Source: an uncultured bacterium (lineage in GTDB: Bacteria > Verrucomicrobiota > Verrucomicrobiia > Limisphaerales > UBA8199). From it: a DNA stretch of 64,000 bases. The notes below the pieces were generated by a model that was not told the origin of the DNA, searched no databases, and saw only the letters and a program-made list of their open reading frames with translations. Below are positions 55,155 to 64,000 of this stretch, piece by piece (the first letter of the stretch is position 1; every line of letters begins with the position of its first letter). The translations under genes were made by a program, and so were the position numbers. The DNA lies in NCBI GenBank assembly GCA_963749495.1, contig CAVVMW010000004.1, positions 672,001-736,000 of the forward strand. The letters run 5' to 3'.

Positions 55155-55458
55155 AATAAATAAACTATCCGGCTTCCTTCTGAGAACCCTAGGGAGACTT
55201 GGTCAGCGCGCAGCTTTCCGAGACTCCATTGCCTAACGGACCAATCGTTGCACCGGCAACGGAGGTTGAGGGTTAGGTAACCGGTTAACTGTTCTTTTCT
55301 CAGCCTCAACGGACGTCCGCACACGCGGCGCCCAGGCACGATAAAAGTAAGCCCCCAAAGGCCGGATGCAAGCCAAAAATTTGCGACAAAACTCGCCGCT
55401 TGTGGCGCGGCAAAGAATTATCCTTGTTAACAGGGACGATTTGAATAAAATCGTCCCT

Positions 55459-56763
55459 ATGACCAGCGACGATATCAAGGGCGTGCTCCAGCAATTCGTC
55501 CGCCGCCCGCTGCCGCGCTCGCGCCCGCGCGAGCTGGCGCTGCCTCTGGATACGGGCAAGGTCGTCGGGCTGGCCGGGGTGAGGCGTTCGGGGAAAACGT
55601 TCCTTTTTTTCGAGGCCATGCGGCGGCTCATCGCCCAGGGTGTCCCCCGCGAGCGGGTCATTTACCTCAACTTCGAAGACGACCGCTTGCAACCCGTGCG
55701 CGCCGGCGAACTGGACCTGGTGCTGCGAGCCCAGCGCGAGCTTTTCCCCGAAACTCTCGGCCAACGCTGCTACCTGTTCCTGGACGAGGTCCAGAGCGCC
55801 CCGGGCTGGCAACGGTGGGTCCGCCGGCTTTGCGACACAGAAGACTTGAGCATCCTGGTTACGGGCTCCTCCTCGCAATTGCTGACGCGGGACCTGGCCA
55901 GCGCGCTGCGAGGACGGAGCATCACCCTGGAGGTCTTTCCCCTCAGTTTCTCGGAATACCTGGGCTTCCGCGACATCACCTGGCGGCCGTCCGACGCGGA
56001 CAACGAGAGCCTGGTGCGGGGCGCCCTTGGGGACTACCTCTTGTGGGGCGGCTTTCCCGAGGTTGCGCAGGCCGAAGACGCGCTCCGTCCCCTGATCCTG
56101 GGAGAATACGCCACGCTGATGCTCTACCGCGACCTGGTCGAGCGTTACAAGGTGCGGAACGAGCCGCTCATGCGCGAACTGCTGCGCTTTGCCTTCCGGC
56201 ACACTGCTTCATTGGTCAACGCCAGCAAGCTCCACCGGGACTTCCACTCGCTGGGATTGAGTGTCTCGAAAAACACTCTCTTCGAATACCTCCACTACCT
56301 GGAGGAGAGCTTTCTCCTGTTCCTGGCCCCAAAGCATGAGCGTTCCCTGCGCAAGCAGGCCCACAACCCCAAAAAACTGCACGTCATCGATCCCGGCCTG
56401 GTGGCGGCATTCCAAAGCGAGCCCGACCGGGACGTGGGCCGCAAATTGGAAACCTCGGTGTTCCTGCAACTCCGCCGCCGCACAATGGGCCTCTTCTATT
56501 ACGCCGATGGCGGCGAGATCGACATCCTTAACGAGAACGGCACCGAGTTCTGGAATGTCTGCTGGAGTTTGACTGACCCCGAGACTATTCGCCGCGAACA
56601 AGCCTCCGTCCAACTCGCTCGCGCGCGCTACCCCAAGGCCAAAGGGACGTTGCTCTTCCACGAATACGCCCCCGCCGCCGTGCAGGCCATCCCGGAAGCA
56701 GAGCCCGCCTGGCGCTGGCTGCTGACGCAAGCGGCGAACCAGCGCAGGGCACGAATGGCTTGA
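55459..56763 (+). CDS. AAA_14 ATPase with DUF4143 C-terminal domain
   Basis: GVRRSGKT, YLNFEDDRL, FLDEVQ, VTGSSS, LRGR, GGFPE, KKLHVIDPG, EID. Confidence 0.88.
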   Translation: MTSDDIKGVLQQFVRRPLPRSRPRELALPLDTGKVVGLAGVRRSGKTFLFFEAMRRLIAQGVPRERVIYLNFEDDRLQPVRAGELDLVLRAQRELFPETLGQRCYLFLDEVQSAPGWQRWVRRLCDTEDLSILVTGSSSQLLTRDLASALRGRSITLEVFPLSFSEYLGFRDITWRPSDADNESLVRGALGDYLLWGGFPEVAQAEDALRPLILGEYATLMLYRDLVERYKVRNEPLMRELLRFAFRHTASLVNASKLHRDFHSLGLSVSKNTLFEYLHYLEESFLLFLAPKHERSLRKQAHNPKKLHVIDPGLVAAFQSEPDRDVGRKLETSVFLQLRRRTMGLFYYADGGEIDILNENGTEFWNVCWSLTDPETIRREQASVQLARARYPKAKGTLLFHEYAPAAVQAIPEAEPAWRWLLTQAANQRRARMA

Positions 56764-56779
56764 AAGGAATGGCGGGGAT

Positions 56780-57067
56780 ATGTATGATTCTTATATGAAG
56801 ACGCAGACCTATCCACTGGCTATGCCCGGCGAATTGCTCAGAGAGGTCCGGCAGGTGGCCAAAGAGACCGGCCTTTCAATCGCCGACGCCATGCGCCAGA
56901 GCATGAAGCTGGGCTTGCCGAGGCTCAAGGAGCAATTGTCGCCCCATCAACTCAAACCGTTGACGGAAAAGGAAGGCCGGCAATGCTGGGAAGCGCCAAA
57001 CCCGGAATTTGACTCCCTGGAGCATCACTGCGCCTCGCTTCCTGTCGCGCCCCCGGAACCTGACTAA
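56780..57067 (+). CDS. Small ribbon-helix-helix-like antitoxin candidate
   Basis: TYPLAMPGELLREVRQVAKETGLSIADAMRQSM fits an RHH pattern; the stop overlaps a following ATG (TAATG). Confidence 0.55.
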   Translation: MYDSYMKTQTYPLAMPGELLREVRQVAKETGLSIADAMRQSMKLGLPRLKEQLSPHQLKPLTEKEGRQCWEAPNPEFDSLEHHCASLPVAPPEPD

Positions 57068-57208
57068 TGAAACCCTGGGAAAAAGAGGCTGTCTCGGAAG
57101 CAACGCTCTCCGCCGTTCTTCGCCAGAATGGGCGGGGTTGGTCTTGCACTTGGCCTTGGGCACTGGGGCTCACCGGAAAAGTGGTTGAGCGCGCCAGAAG
57201 CGCCCATC

Positions 57209-57350
57209 ACCGCGTAGCGGTGCCTGAAGGTAGCCGTGGACTTCGAGTCCACGGACCTTGGGGCAAGGGGCCCAGCGTCGCGTAGCGACGCCTGAAACGC
57301 AGGAATCGTCTTGGCAGCGTGCAACTCTCAGGCGTCGCTACGCGACGCGC
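57209..57350. repeat. REP-like palindromic element
   Basis: CCGTGGACTTCGAGTCCACGG; GCGTCGCGTAGCGACGCCTGA...TCAGGCGTCGCTACGCGACGC. Confidence 0.85.
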
Positions 57351-57907
57351 GAGGCTTCCTGCGCGTCACCTATGGCGAAGAAAATCGGGCGGACAACCTT
57401 GCCTTCATCGAAGCTTCGCTCGGCAAGCTGGACGCGAAGACCGGGAAAGCCAAGCCAACAGACCTGCGGACCTATTTCGTGCGGGAGTTCTACAAGGATC
57501 ACCTCAAGACCTACAAGAAGCGGCCCATCTACTGGATGTTCAGCAGCCTGGAAGGCAGTTTCCAGGCGCTGGTTTACCTGCACCGGTACACCCGTGACAC
57601 GGTGAACCTCCTACTAAATGACTACGTACGCGAGTTCATTGGCAAGCTGGAGGAAAAGCACCGCCAACTCACCTCCGTCTCGCTCAACGAGTCCGCCCGC
57701 CCCGGCGACCGCACCAAAGCCGCGAGGGAATTCGGGAAGATCGACAAGATGTTCAAGGAACTCCGTGCCTGGGAACGCGATGTCCTGCTGCCCCTCGCGC
57801 AGCAACGCATCGAGCTCGACCTCGACTATGGCGTCAAGGTCAACTACCTGAAGTTCAAGGGCGCGGTGGTTCCGATACCGGGGCTTGAGAAGGCCGAATG
57901 CGAATGA
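57350..57907 (+). pseudogene. pglX: 3' fragment of BREX-1 adenine methyltransferase PglX
   Basis: FYKDHLKTYKKRPIYWMFSS...FQALVYLHRY...IELDLDYGVKVNY is the characteristic PglX C-terminus; the methyltransferase core is missing. Confidence 0.85.
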
Positions 57908-57910
57908 AAT

Positions 57911-57985
57911 GTGAAATAATCACACAAAATACGCCATCTGTGCGAATGTAGTTGCGTATTGAGGTGCAATGTGTGATTATGTCAC
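57911..57985 (+). promoter_or_regulatory. Putative sigma70 promoter with inverted-repeat operator
   Basis: TTGCGT(57952)-17 bp-GATTAT(57975); IR GTGAAATAATCACACA / TGTGTGATTATGTCAC (15/16). Confidence 0.55.
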
Positions 57986-57991
57986 GACATT

Positions 57992-59410
57992 ATGTTGCTC
58001 TCGTTCTCAATAGCCAACTTCCGCTCATTCCGGGAGGAGCAGACGCTTTCCATGGTCGGAAGCACGCGCCAACCGGACCATCCCGAGCACTTGACCCCCA
58101 TCCCCGACAATGAAAACAAGGCAGTGCCCGTGGCCGTCATCTACGGCGCGAACGGAGCCGGCAAGTCGAATTTCGTGAACGCACTGGCCTTTCTCGAAAA
58201 CCTGGTTCTGCGCGGCACCGAGCCCAAGAAGCCCATCGGTCGTCGCGCCTTTCTCCTGGACAAGGTGAGCCCGAGTCAGCCGACCGAGTTCACCGCGCAG
58301 TTCGTCGAGGAGGGCCGGGTTTACGTGTTTGGTTGCCGGGTCAACGACAGGTTGGTGGACGCAGAATGGCTCAGCCTGCTGCGGGACGGACGGGAAATCT
58401 CCATTTACGAACGTTCGACCAGCGCCAACGAGGAAGTGACCATCGAAGCCGGTCCGGTTCTGAAGGACGACACCTGGGGCAACCATGCCAAGGCGCTGGC
58501 GCTGACGAAGGTGGGGGTACTGCCTAATCAACTCTTCCTCCACGCCGTGGGCAAGAGCCTGCGAGAACAGGACCAGGGGTCCATCCTCGCGGGCGCACTT
58601 CGTTGGTTCGCTGACCGGTTGACGATCGTCCCGGCGAGCGCCCCATTTTCGATGCTCGCGCAACTGGTCGCCCAAGACCAGAGGTTCACAGAGTTCGCGG
58701 GTGATTTCCTGCGCAAGGTGGCGACGGGAGTCAACCGCCTGCGAGTGGACACCGCCCAAGTGGAGGAAGGCCTGTTGACCAGCATGGGCAGCCTCGTGCA
58801 GCACCTCATCGAGGACATGCCCGCTGGTCAGACCACCAGCATCTCAAAGCCTGATCGCAGTGAGTTGATCGTGCAGAAGGGCGAAGGCACGAAACTCCAA
58901 CTCCGGACCCTCCAATCCGAACACGTTGCCGCCGATGGCACTCGGGTCACGCTCCCGTTCGCTGAGGAGTCAGACGGCACCCAGCGACTCACGCATTTGC
59001 TGCCGGCCTTGCACGCGATCTGCCAGAAGCCAGGCCTGTTCGTAATCGATGAGATCGACCGGAGCCTCCACCCTCTGCTGGCGAAGGGCTTCGTGCGGGC
59101 CTTCCTGCAAGCCTGCGCCGGCAAGGGTAGCCAATTGATCTTTACGACGCACGACACCACGTTCCTGGACTTGGACTTGTTGCGACGGGATGAGGTTTGG
59201 TTTGCCAACAAACAACAACCGTCCGGCGCGACCGAGTTGTATTCGCTGGCGGACTACAAGGTCCGCACGGATCTGAAGATCGACAAAGCTTATCTCCAAG
59301 GCCGATTCGAGGCGGTCCCGCCGATCGAGGCGGAACTTCCGGATTGGGTGCGCCAGATCATCCAGGACCTGAGGCCGGGAGGCCCTCCAAAGACTCTGAC
59401 ACCCGCATGA
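57992..59410 (+). CDS. AAA_21 family ATPase (RloA/AbiLi-like)
   Basis: NFRSFRE, IYGANGAGKSN, ESDGTQR, IDEIDRSLHP, QLIFTTHD, RRDEVWF, YLQGRF. Confidence 0.9.
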   Translation: MLLSFSIANFRSFREEQTLSMVGSTRQPDHPEHLTPIPDNENKAVPVAVIYGANGAGKSNFVNALAFLENLVLRGTEPKKPIGRRAFLLDKVSPSQPTEFTAQFVEEGRVYVFGCRVNDRLVDAEWLSLLRDGREISIYERSTSANEEVTIEAGPVLKDDTWGNHAKALALTKVGVLPNQLFLHAVGKSLREQDQGSILAGALRWFADRLTIVPASAPFSMLAQLVAQDQRFTEFAGDFLRKVATGVNRLRVDTAQVEEGLLTSMGSLVQHLIEDMPAGQTTSISKPDRSELIVQKGEGTKLQLRTLQSEHVAADGTRVTLPFAEESDGTQRLTHLLPALHAICQKPGLFVIDEIDRSLHPLLAKGFVRAFLQACAGKGSQLIFTTHDTTFLDLDLLRRDEVWFANKQQPSGATELYSLADYKVRTDLKIDKAYLQGRFEAVPPIEAELPDWVRQIIQDLRPGGPPKTLTPA

Positions 59411-60049
59411 GCCTCCTCAACCGAAACCCATCTCCATCGGCCGGGGTGAGCGCACCCTGCGGGATGACCGCGTGTTTGTCGTGGCCACGGACGATACCTA
59501 CGCGCCCGAGCAGTACTTCCAGCACCTAGTTTGGTGAGGGTCAAGGTCGTCGTCCTGCCCACGCCCAAAGATTCGGGGTTTTCCGCCCCAGTGCATGTCG
59601 TGGATCGTTTGAAGGCGGCCTTTCAGCAGGTCAAACAGAAGAAACAGGTGCAGGTCGGCGACGAGTTCTGGGTGCTCCTCGACACCGATCATTATTTTCG
59701 CGACCAGCACCTGGCGGGGACACTCGGGGCCTTGAGCACCGCGCGCCAGGCCGGGATGGAAATCGCCGTGAGCAATCCTTGCTTCGAGTTGTGGCTCCTG
59801 CTCCACCATCAGGATGTCCCACCAGGCACGGTGTTTCCGACTTCTGCAGCAGTGGCCCAGACACTGAGAACATTGCTCGGGGAATATAACAAGACCTCGA
59901 TAAAGGCAGGCCACTTTCCTCTGGCGAATGTGCCGGATGCCATCCGAAGAGCCCGTGTCCTTGAGAATGGGCCGGCGGGGCCTTGGCCGGAACGAACCGG
60001 AACTCACGTCTATTTACTGATGGAGCGAGTTCTACATTCCAACCCGTGA
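59407..60049 (+). CDS. rloB: RloB-like protein (5' end has probable indels)
   Basis: WVLLDTD and SNPCFELWLLLH motifs; the ATG overlaps the ATPase stop; N-terminal RDDRVFVVATDDTYAPEQYF is in another frame. Confidence 0.8.
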
Positions 60050-60195
60050 GTGCCGATCCGACGCGAACCGCTCTCGACAGAATGTTCGCCCGCAAGCGGG
60101 TTGAAAGCACATTATTGGAGGCCGAAGCGTCGGTTTTGACCATCCCTGCATTGGACAAGGGGGAAGACAGCTGCGCGCCAGATCCTTTGATGAGA

Positions 60196-60399
60196 TCACA
60201 ACATCCACTGGAAATCTATGGCGTTTGAACGACCCAGCACGGTAACCGAAGCCCTTAGTGGAATCGCACAGCGGCGATAACCGTTAAAGATGACCGCCAG
60301 TCCGCCGACGACCGCGAAATCAACGGGGCCAGCGGCGAGGGCGACCAACAGTCTTTCGAATCGGGAAGTAATCTCCCCCGGCTCTGGCGAGTGATCCAT
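60196..60399 (-). pseudogene. N-terminal fragment of a nucleotidyltransferase-like toxin
   Basis: FERLLVAL...DFAVVGGLAVIFNGY, then homology breaks; preceded by a small overlapping ORF 60320..60523. Confidence 0.5.
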
Positions 60400-60672
60400 G
60401 CGCGTGTTTGTCGAGAAAGCCGGCCAGATCTTCCAAGTGAGCGAGCCGGCGGGAAATGGTGAGCGGACGACCGGCCACTTTGCGGACGGGCTGCTGCATC
60501 GGCTCGATCTTCGCATTCATCAAGGCAATTTTAATCTGGCAAGGGGCGGAAGGTCAACTCCAAGACGCGGAGAAATCACTCACGCCTCCAAAAAACGCTC
60601 AAATTGGCCTTGCCCCTGTCTGGACCCCCCATTAGCTTACTGCGGCTTGCAGCTTCTGCTGCGCCGGACCCT

Positions 60673-61185
60673 GTGCAAACAACGACAGAAATCGGCTACA
60701 ACTCGAAGGTCGAGGGGGACGTGGTGGTCACCCGGCTCGATGCCGCGTTGAATTGGTTTCGCAAGAATTCGCTGTGGCCAATGCCGATGGGGCTGGCGTG
60801 CTGCGCGATCGAGTTGATGGCGGCGGGGGCCAGCCGGTTCGACATCTCGAGGTTCGGGGCGGAGGTGATGCGGTTTTCGCCCCGGCAATCGGATGTGATG
60901 ATCGTCGCCGGGACGGTCACCTACAAGATGGCGCTGGCGGTCAAGCGCATATACGACCAAATGACCGAGCCCAAATGGGTCATCGCCATGGGGGCGTGCG
61001 CCTCGACCGGGGGGATGTATCGCAGCTACTCGGTCCTGCAGGGGGTGGACCGCATCCTGCCGGTAAACATCTATGTAGCGGGTTGTCCGCCGCGGCCCGA
61101 GGCCCTGCTGGATGCCCTCATCCGGCTCCAGAACAAGGTGGTGGCAAAGGAGCCGGTCCTGGCCACGCTCAAGAAGGCGGGCTGA
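60673..61185 (+). CDS. nuoB: NADH-quinone oxidoreductase subunit B
   Basis: [27 protein letters not shown]; start uncertain (GTG 60673 or TTG 60604). Confidence 0.96.
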   Translation: MQTTTEIGYNSKVEGDVVVTRLDAALNWFRKNSLWPMPMGLACCAIELMAAGASRFDISRFGAEVMRFSPRQSDVMIVAGTVTYKMALAVKRIYDQMTEPKWVIAMGACASTGGMYRSYSVLQGVDRILPVNIYVAGCPPRPEALLDALIRLQNKVVAKEPVLATLKKAG

Positions 61186-61188
61186 GCC

Positions 61189-63162
61189 ATGCGCCAAGGC
61201 GGAAATCAGCTCGAGCTTGCTGAGCGCCTTCGGGCCAGGTTCCCCAGCCTGCTCTCCGCCCCGGCCGAGTTCCGGGGCGAGATCGCTGTCGAGGTCGCCG
61301 ACCCCGAGGCGCTGCCGGCCGTGTGCGCCTTCGCCAAACAGGAACTCGGTTTCGATTACCTGGTGGACATCACGAGCGTGGACCGTTATGGCGAGGACCC
61401 GCGCTTCACGATTGTTTATCACCTTTACGGCTATGGCCATCGGTGCCCGTTGCGCCTCAAGACGAGCGTGAGCGAGGAGAAGGCCGAGTTGCCCACGCTG
61501 ACGGGCGTTTGGCGCGCCGCCGACTGGCACGAGCGGGAGATCTATGACATGATGGGCGTGCGTTTCCGCGGGCACCCGGACCTGCGCCGCATCCTGATGT
61601 GGGAGGGTTACCCCTATTATCCGTTGCGCAAGGACTTCCCGCTGTCGGGCAAGCCCACCGACGTGCCGGAGGTCGCCTTCACGGAGCCGGCGCCCCTGGC
61701 CGGGGGGCCATTTGTCACCATCGCGGGGGGCAAGGACACCATCGCGCGGGAGCCGCGCGTGCGGATTCCCGAGACTGACGCCCTGGAACTGAATGCGCGC
61801 CTGGAGCGGCGGCAGGACATCAAGGAGGCCCATGGCCGTGCGCACGGGCCCGGCCCCATCGAGACCGCCGGCGGCAAACCGGAGATTCGCGATGTTCAGT
61901 TCAAGGAGCCCGCGGCCCGCGCCGCCGAGGCCGCCCAGACCATGGGCGTAACCTCGGCCCCGACCGCCACCGCAGAGGCGGAGGACCTGCCTGCCGAGAA
62001 GATGATTCTGAACATGGGACCCTCGCACCCCTCGACCCACGGCGTGCTGCGCATCGTCCTTGAACTGGACGGTGAAGTCATCACCAAGGCCATGCCGGAC
62101 GTGGGCTACCTGCACCGGGGCGACGAGAAGATAGCGGAGAACATGACCTACAGCCAGTTCGTCCCATACACGGACCGGCTGGATTACCTGGCGCCGCTGG
62201 CCAACAATGTGGCTTATGCCCTGGCGGTCGAGAAGCTGCTGGGCATCGACACGCAACTGCCCCCGCGCTGCCAATTCATCCGCGTGATCTGCTGCGAATT
62301 GGCCCGCGTCTCCTCGCACCTGCTCGGCCTGGGCTCTTATGCCATGGACGTGGGCGCCATGACGGTGTTTTTGCTCACGTTCACCGAGCGGGAGAAGATC
62401 TACAACCTCTGCGAGTCGCTGACCGGGGCGCGGTTCACCACCAGCTACACCCGCATCGGCGGGCTGGCCCGAGACCTGCCCCCCGGCTGGACCGACCAAT
62501 GCCGGAAGTTCTGCAACGAGGTGGTGGTGAACATCGATGAGACCGAGACCCTGCTGACGCGCAACCGCATTTTCGTGGATCGCACGCAGGAGGTGGGGGT
62601 CATTTCGAGGGCGGACGCCATCGACTACGGCCTGAGCGGGCCCAACCTGCGCGGCAGCGGCATCGAGCACGACCTGCGCAAGGCCCGCCCTTACCTGGTC
62701 TATGAGCAGTTGGACTTTGACGTGCCGGTTGGCTCGACCGGGGACAGCTACGACCGTTACCTGGTGCGCATCGAGGAGATGCGCCAGAGCGTGCGCCTCA
62801 TCCACCAATGCCTTGACAAGCTGCCCCCCGGGCCGGTCAATGTCCCCAACGGAAAGATCGTTCTGCCGCCCAAGGACCGGGTCCTGACCGGGATGGAGGA
62901 GTTGATCCATCATTTCATCAATGTGACCCAGGGCGTCAATGCCCCCGCGGGCGAGGTCTATTTCGGCCACGAAAATCCCAAGGGCGAGCTGGGCTTCTAC
63001 ATCCACAGCAAAGGCGGCGGCACCCCGCACCGGCTCAAGATCCGCTCGCCCTCGTTCGTGAACCTGAGCATCCTTCCCAAGCTCCTGCCCGGCCACATGA
63101 TCAGCGACGTGGTGGCCATCCTGGGCTCGTTCGACTTCGTGATGGGGGAATGCGACCGATGA
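61189..63162 (+). CDS. nuoCD: NADH-quinone oxidoreductase fused subunit C/D
   Basis: NuoC motifs WHEREIYDMMG...GHPDLRRIL...PLRKDFP; NuoD motifs NMGPSHPSTHGVLR, GYLHRG.EK, DRLDY, GECDR in one 657-aa frame. Confidence 0.93.
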   Translation: MRQGGNQLELAERLRARFPSLLSAPAEFRGEIAVEVADPEALPAVCAFAKQELGFDYLVDITSVDRYGEDPRFTIVYHLYGYGHRCPLRLKTSVSEEKAELPTLTGVWRAADWHEREIYDMMGVRFRGHPDLRRILMWEGYPYYPLRKDFPLSGKPTDVPEVAFTEPAPLAGGPFVTIAGGKDTIAREPRVRIPETDALELNARLERRQDIKEAHGRAHGPGPIETAGGKPEIRDVQFKEPAARAAEAAQTMGVTSAPTATAEAEDLPAEKMILNMGPSHPSTHGVLRIVLELDGEVITKAMPDVGYLHRGDEKIAENMTYSQFVPYTDRLDYLAPLANNVAYALAVEKLLGIDTQLPPRCQFIRVICCELARVSSHLLGLGSYAMDVGAMTVFLLTFTEREKIYNLCESLTGARFTTSYTRIGGLARDLPPGWTDQCRKFCNEVVVNIDETETLLTRNRIFVDRTQEVGVISRADAIDYGLSGPNLRGSGIEHDLRKARPYLVYEQLDFDVPVGSTGDSYDRYLVRIEEMRQSVRLIHQCLDKLPPGPVNVPNGKIVLPPKDRVLTGMEELIHHFINVTQGVNAPAGEVYFGHENPKGELGFYIHSKGGGTPHRLKIRSPSFVNLSILPKLLPGHMISDVVAILGSFDFVMGECDR

Positions 63163-63223
63163 AGCTGGGGGCGGAGATGATGAAACGTGAACCGTGAAAC
63201 GTGAAAACGTGGGAATGTGAGCG

Positions 63224-63466
63224 ATGAAACCGGTGAGCGAAATGACCGAAGCGGAGAAGGACCAGATCCGGGCCTGGATCCGGAACTGGGAGGAAACGGG
63301 GCCGATTTTGGAGCGACTTCGTTTGGAGTCACTTTCCTCGGTCAATACGGCGGCTGCCATCGAGGCATTCGATCTGGCCTACAAATCCGCCCGGTTGCAC
63401 CTTCCGCCCCGCCAGAGCTCGGGATTGATCGAGCAGCAGCGGTGGTTCAAACTCGGGCGGAAATGA
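63224..63466 (+). CDS. Small hypothetical protein, putative antitoxin partner
   Basis: 80 aa (WIRNWEETGPILE...SSGLIEQQRWF); the stop overlaps the next start (ATGA). Confidence 0.6.
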   Translation: MKPVSEMTEAEKDQIRAWIRNWEETGPILERLRLESLSSVNTAAAIEAFDLAYKSARLHLPPRQSSGLIEQQRWFKLGRK

Positions 63467-64000
63467 AGGACTTGTTCATTTTGGCCAGGCAGGTGCAGGA
63501 CTTCCTGGATGCTCAGGGCTGGCGCTCGTGCGTGATAGGCGGGATTGCGGTTCAGCGCTGGAGCGAGCCGCGCCTGACCCGGGACGTGGATGTGACATTG
63601 CTCACAGGTTTTGGCGGTGAAGAGGCCTTCGTGGATGCGATCCTGCAGCGTTTCAGGTTCCGTGCCCCAGGAGGACGGAAGTTCGCCCTGGAGAATCGGG
63701 TCATGCTGCTGGCAGCAGAGGACGGCACTGGAATTGACCTGGCGCTCGGTGGCTTGCCCTTCGAGGAGAATGTGATCAGCCGTGCCAGCAACTTCGAGTT
63801 TTATCCGGGCCTTGTGCTGCGAACGTGTTCGGCAGAGGATTTGGTCGTTATGAAGGCTTTCGCCGGGCGCGAGCTGGACTGGGGGGACGTTCAGGGGCGT
63901 AATTGCCCGGCATGGGGCGGCCCTGAACTGGGATATCATCCAGTCGGAATTACGACCGCTGTGCGAGTTGAAGGAAGCGCCCGAGATTCTCGTTCATCTC
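63463..64000 (+). CDS. Nucleotidyltransferase-fold protein (AbiEii-like), partial; probable extra G near 63896
   Basis: Read manually: MKDLFIL...CVIGGIAVQRWSEPRLTRDVD...SAEDLVVMKAFAGRELD; runs off the window end. Confidence 0.75.
   Translation, partial: MKDLFILARQVQDFLDAQGWRSCVIGGIAVQRWSEPRLTRDVDVTLLTGFGGEEAFVDAILQRFRFRAPGGRKFALENRVMLLAAEDGTGIDLALGGLPFEENVISRASNFEFYPGLVLRTCSAEDLVVMKAFAGRELDWGDVQGRNCPAWGGPELGYHPVGITTAVRVEGSARDSRSS

Overview
High-GC bacterial chromosome segment, most consistent with a Verrucomicrobiota (Pedosphaerales/Limisphaerales-like) genome. This is inferred from PVC-type Ser/Thr kinase-WD40 proteins, a TIGR02999-like ECF sigma factor, an H-X9-DG prepilin protein and C-terminal 'FYR' secreted proteins. 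Single-base indels in essential genes point to a long-read assembly. The housekeeping backbone (parE-parC, mtnA, trpB2, polyprenyl synthase, rpoE-like sigma, tyrS, rpsA, nuoB-nuoCD) is interleaved with several accessory blocks. (1) A tandem array of three kinase-WD40 genes, a kinase stub and an internally deleted ECF sigma factor; a conserved ~20-bp motif precedes two of the kinases and the stub, and recurs as an orphan at the array end. (2) A ~9.6-kb region (43.6-53.1 kb) bounded by a 28-bp inverted repeat and punctuated by three direct 55-bp repeats ending AAA(T/G)TCCTATCAGT. These resemble IS91/ISCR oriIS ends, and the two long modules they close each carry a secreted surface-protein gene, one of them split by a complete IS4-type element. 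This is the best candidate for an undescribed system: a non-autonomous rolling-circle cassette array. (3) A decayed defence patch (AAA-DUF4143, pglX 3' fragment, RloA/RloB-like pair, toxin-antitoxin fragments). (4) Small toxin-antitoxin-like cassettes inside the parE-parC operon and after nuoCD. Many REP-like palindromes and 7-9-mer tandem repeats occur throughout, some translated in-frame inside proteins. No tRNA, rRNA or CRISPR array was recognised. All family assignments are by eye; no database searches were run.
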